A DNA stretch of 63,524 nucleotides, filler included, from Atractiella rhizophila (lineage: Eukaryota): the NCBI GenBank assembly GCA_021432655.1. It is 3 parts of 3 records of this genome, joined end to end, with 100 filler letters (N's around TTAATTAATTAA, not from the genome) between each part and the next. Parts side by side here need not be neighbours in the genome. Positions count along the whole stretch, not along the records: positions 60,977 to 63,524 come from MU271746.1; 2 more parts are not named here. The stretch is one strand, 5' to 3'. Positions 62,113-63,524 of this stretch are shown piece by piece. The notes below the pieces were generated by a model. That model was not told where the DNA came from. It saw only the letters and a list, made by a program, of their open reading frames with translations, and searched no databases. Position 1 is the first letter of the stretch. Each line of letters opens with the position of its first letter. Made by a program: the position numbers and the translations under genes.

Positions 62113-63523
62113 ATGCTTTCTGTCTCCTCCCGCAGCCTCTCTGCCTTCAGCCGCCGCGCTTTCTCTACGTCCCGCGTCAACCCTTACAAGGTCTGCTGGC
62201 TCTTAATTTTTTTGGTGTATGCTAATGAGATGTCCTCTGGAACAGGTTGCCGTTTTGGGAGCCGCTGGTATGTATTAATCGCTTACATATCTACACGTGG
62301 ATGAGAAAGAGGTTGACTGGTTGCCTGGTTGATGAATGAACAGGTGGAATTGGACAACCTCTTTCTCTCCTCCTGAAACAAAACCCTCTTGTCTCCTCCC
62401 TCGCCCTGTACGATATCCGTGGAGCACCCGGTGTAGCAGCGGACGTGTCGCATGTCAACTCGCCTGCTGTCGTGCGTCTCTTTACTTTCTATCTCGGGTA
62501 AAAAGGTGTTGACGTGGTTTGGTGGTGCTTAGACCAAGGGCTATGCGCCTGACGGAGATGGATTGAAGAGCACTCTTGAGGGAGCAGACATCATTGTCAT
62601 CCCTGCAGGTGTACCTAGGAAGCCCGGAATGACCCGTGACGACTTGTTCAACGTGAGTATTCTTTTTCTTGTTTCCGCGTTCAATCCTTGGGTTTCTGAA
62701 ATGGACGGAATGGAATGACAGACCAACGCTTCTATTGTTCGCGACCTCGCAAAAGCTGCCGCTGAGACAGCACCCAAAGCACACATGCTCATCATCTCCA
62801 ACCCCGTCAACTCCACCGTCCCCATCGTTGCCGAAGTCTACAAGAAGGCCGGCGTGTTTGACCCCAAGAGGTTTCTTTCCTTCTCTCCTTCCCTCCACCT
62901 TTCTGATTGTGCCACCACACAGACTTTTCGGAGTGACCACCCTCGACGTCGTCCGCGCCGCCACCTTTGTTTCCGGTCTCGCATCCTCCGATCCCTCCAA
63001 GACCCGCGTTACCGTCGTTGGAGGCCACAGCGGACCCACCATCGTTCCCCTCCTCTCTCAACTCGCTGAGGGACAGAAGGTCCTTTCTTCCGGTGGATCA
63101 ACATACGCCGACGTCGTGAAGCGCATCCAATACGGTGGTGACGAAGTCGTCAAGGCGAAGGATGGAGCTGGATCCGCTACCCTTTCTATGGCTTACGGTA
63201 CGTTCCTTTTCACCCGTTTCTACAAAGAATTTATTATTAATGTTCATGTTGTCGATGTTACAGCCGGTGCCGTCTTCGCCGATGCCCTCCTCCGCGCTCT
63301 CGACGGCCAAACTGGCATCGTTGAGCCTACCTTCGTCCGCTCCCCTCTATTCGAGAAGGAGGGCATCGAATTCTTCGCGTCCAACGTCGAGCTCGGCAAG
63401 GAAGGAGTGTCCAAGATCCACGAGGTTGGACAGATCACGAAGGAGGAGCAGGAACTCTTGGATGCTTGCTTGCCCGAGTTGAAGAAGAACATCCAGAAGG
63501 GTGTCGAGTTCGCTAATAAGTGA
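62113..63523 (+). CDS. MDH1: Mitochondrial NAD-dependent malate dehydrogenase
   Basis: Presequence [98 protein letters not shown]. Confidence 0.97.
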
Positions 63524-63524
63524 G

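Noticed and set aside
1..63524. tRNA, rRNA, CRISPR arrays or intact transposons
   Set aside because: None recognised by eye. Covariance-model and repeat-library searches were not run, so small ncRNAs could be missed.

Overview
Intron-rich fungal nuclear DNA, probably a basidiomycete (inferred from short GT/GC-AG introns with CTRAC branch points and from the protein families). The window is three assembly pieces joined by 100-nt N-TTAATTAATTAA-N spacers: 1-30420, 30521-60876 and 60977-end. Pieces 1 and 2 are largely overlapping versions of one locus (1-13231 matches 50637-60876). Reconstructed gene order: KHDC4-like KH protein, RRP42, F-box/LRR protein, ACS-family MFS transporter, D-serine dehydratase-like PLP enzyme, RidA, Hsp10, secreted Cys-repeat protein, Q/P-rich multi-Cys protein, SR splicing factor, class 3 lipase, ING-PHD protein, UXS1, F-box-like protein, frataxin, syntaxin. 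Mitochondrial MDH lies on the third piece. Main observations: (1) 41367-44714 is a reversed but not complemented copy of 47225-50631, almost certainly an assembly artefact; (2) a candidate D-serine/D-amino-acid catabolic cluster (transporter, dehydratase, RidA); (3) candidate poison-exon/NMD autoregulation in both the SR gene and the KHDC4-like gene; (4) three distinct, mosaic versions of the DSD1-RidA-HSP10 block. All exon models and counts were made by eye; no database searches were run.
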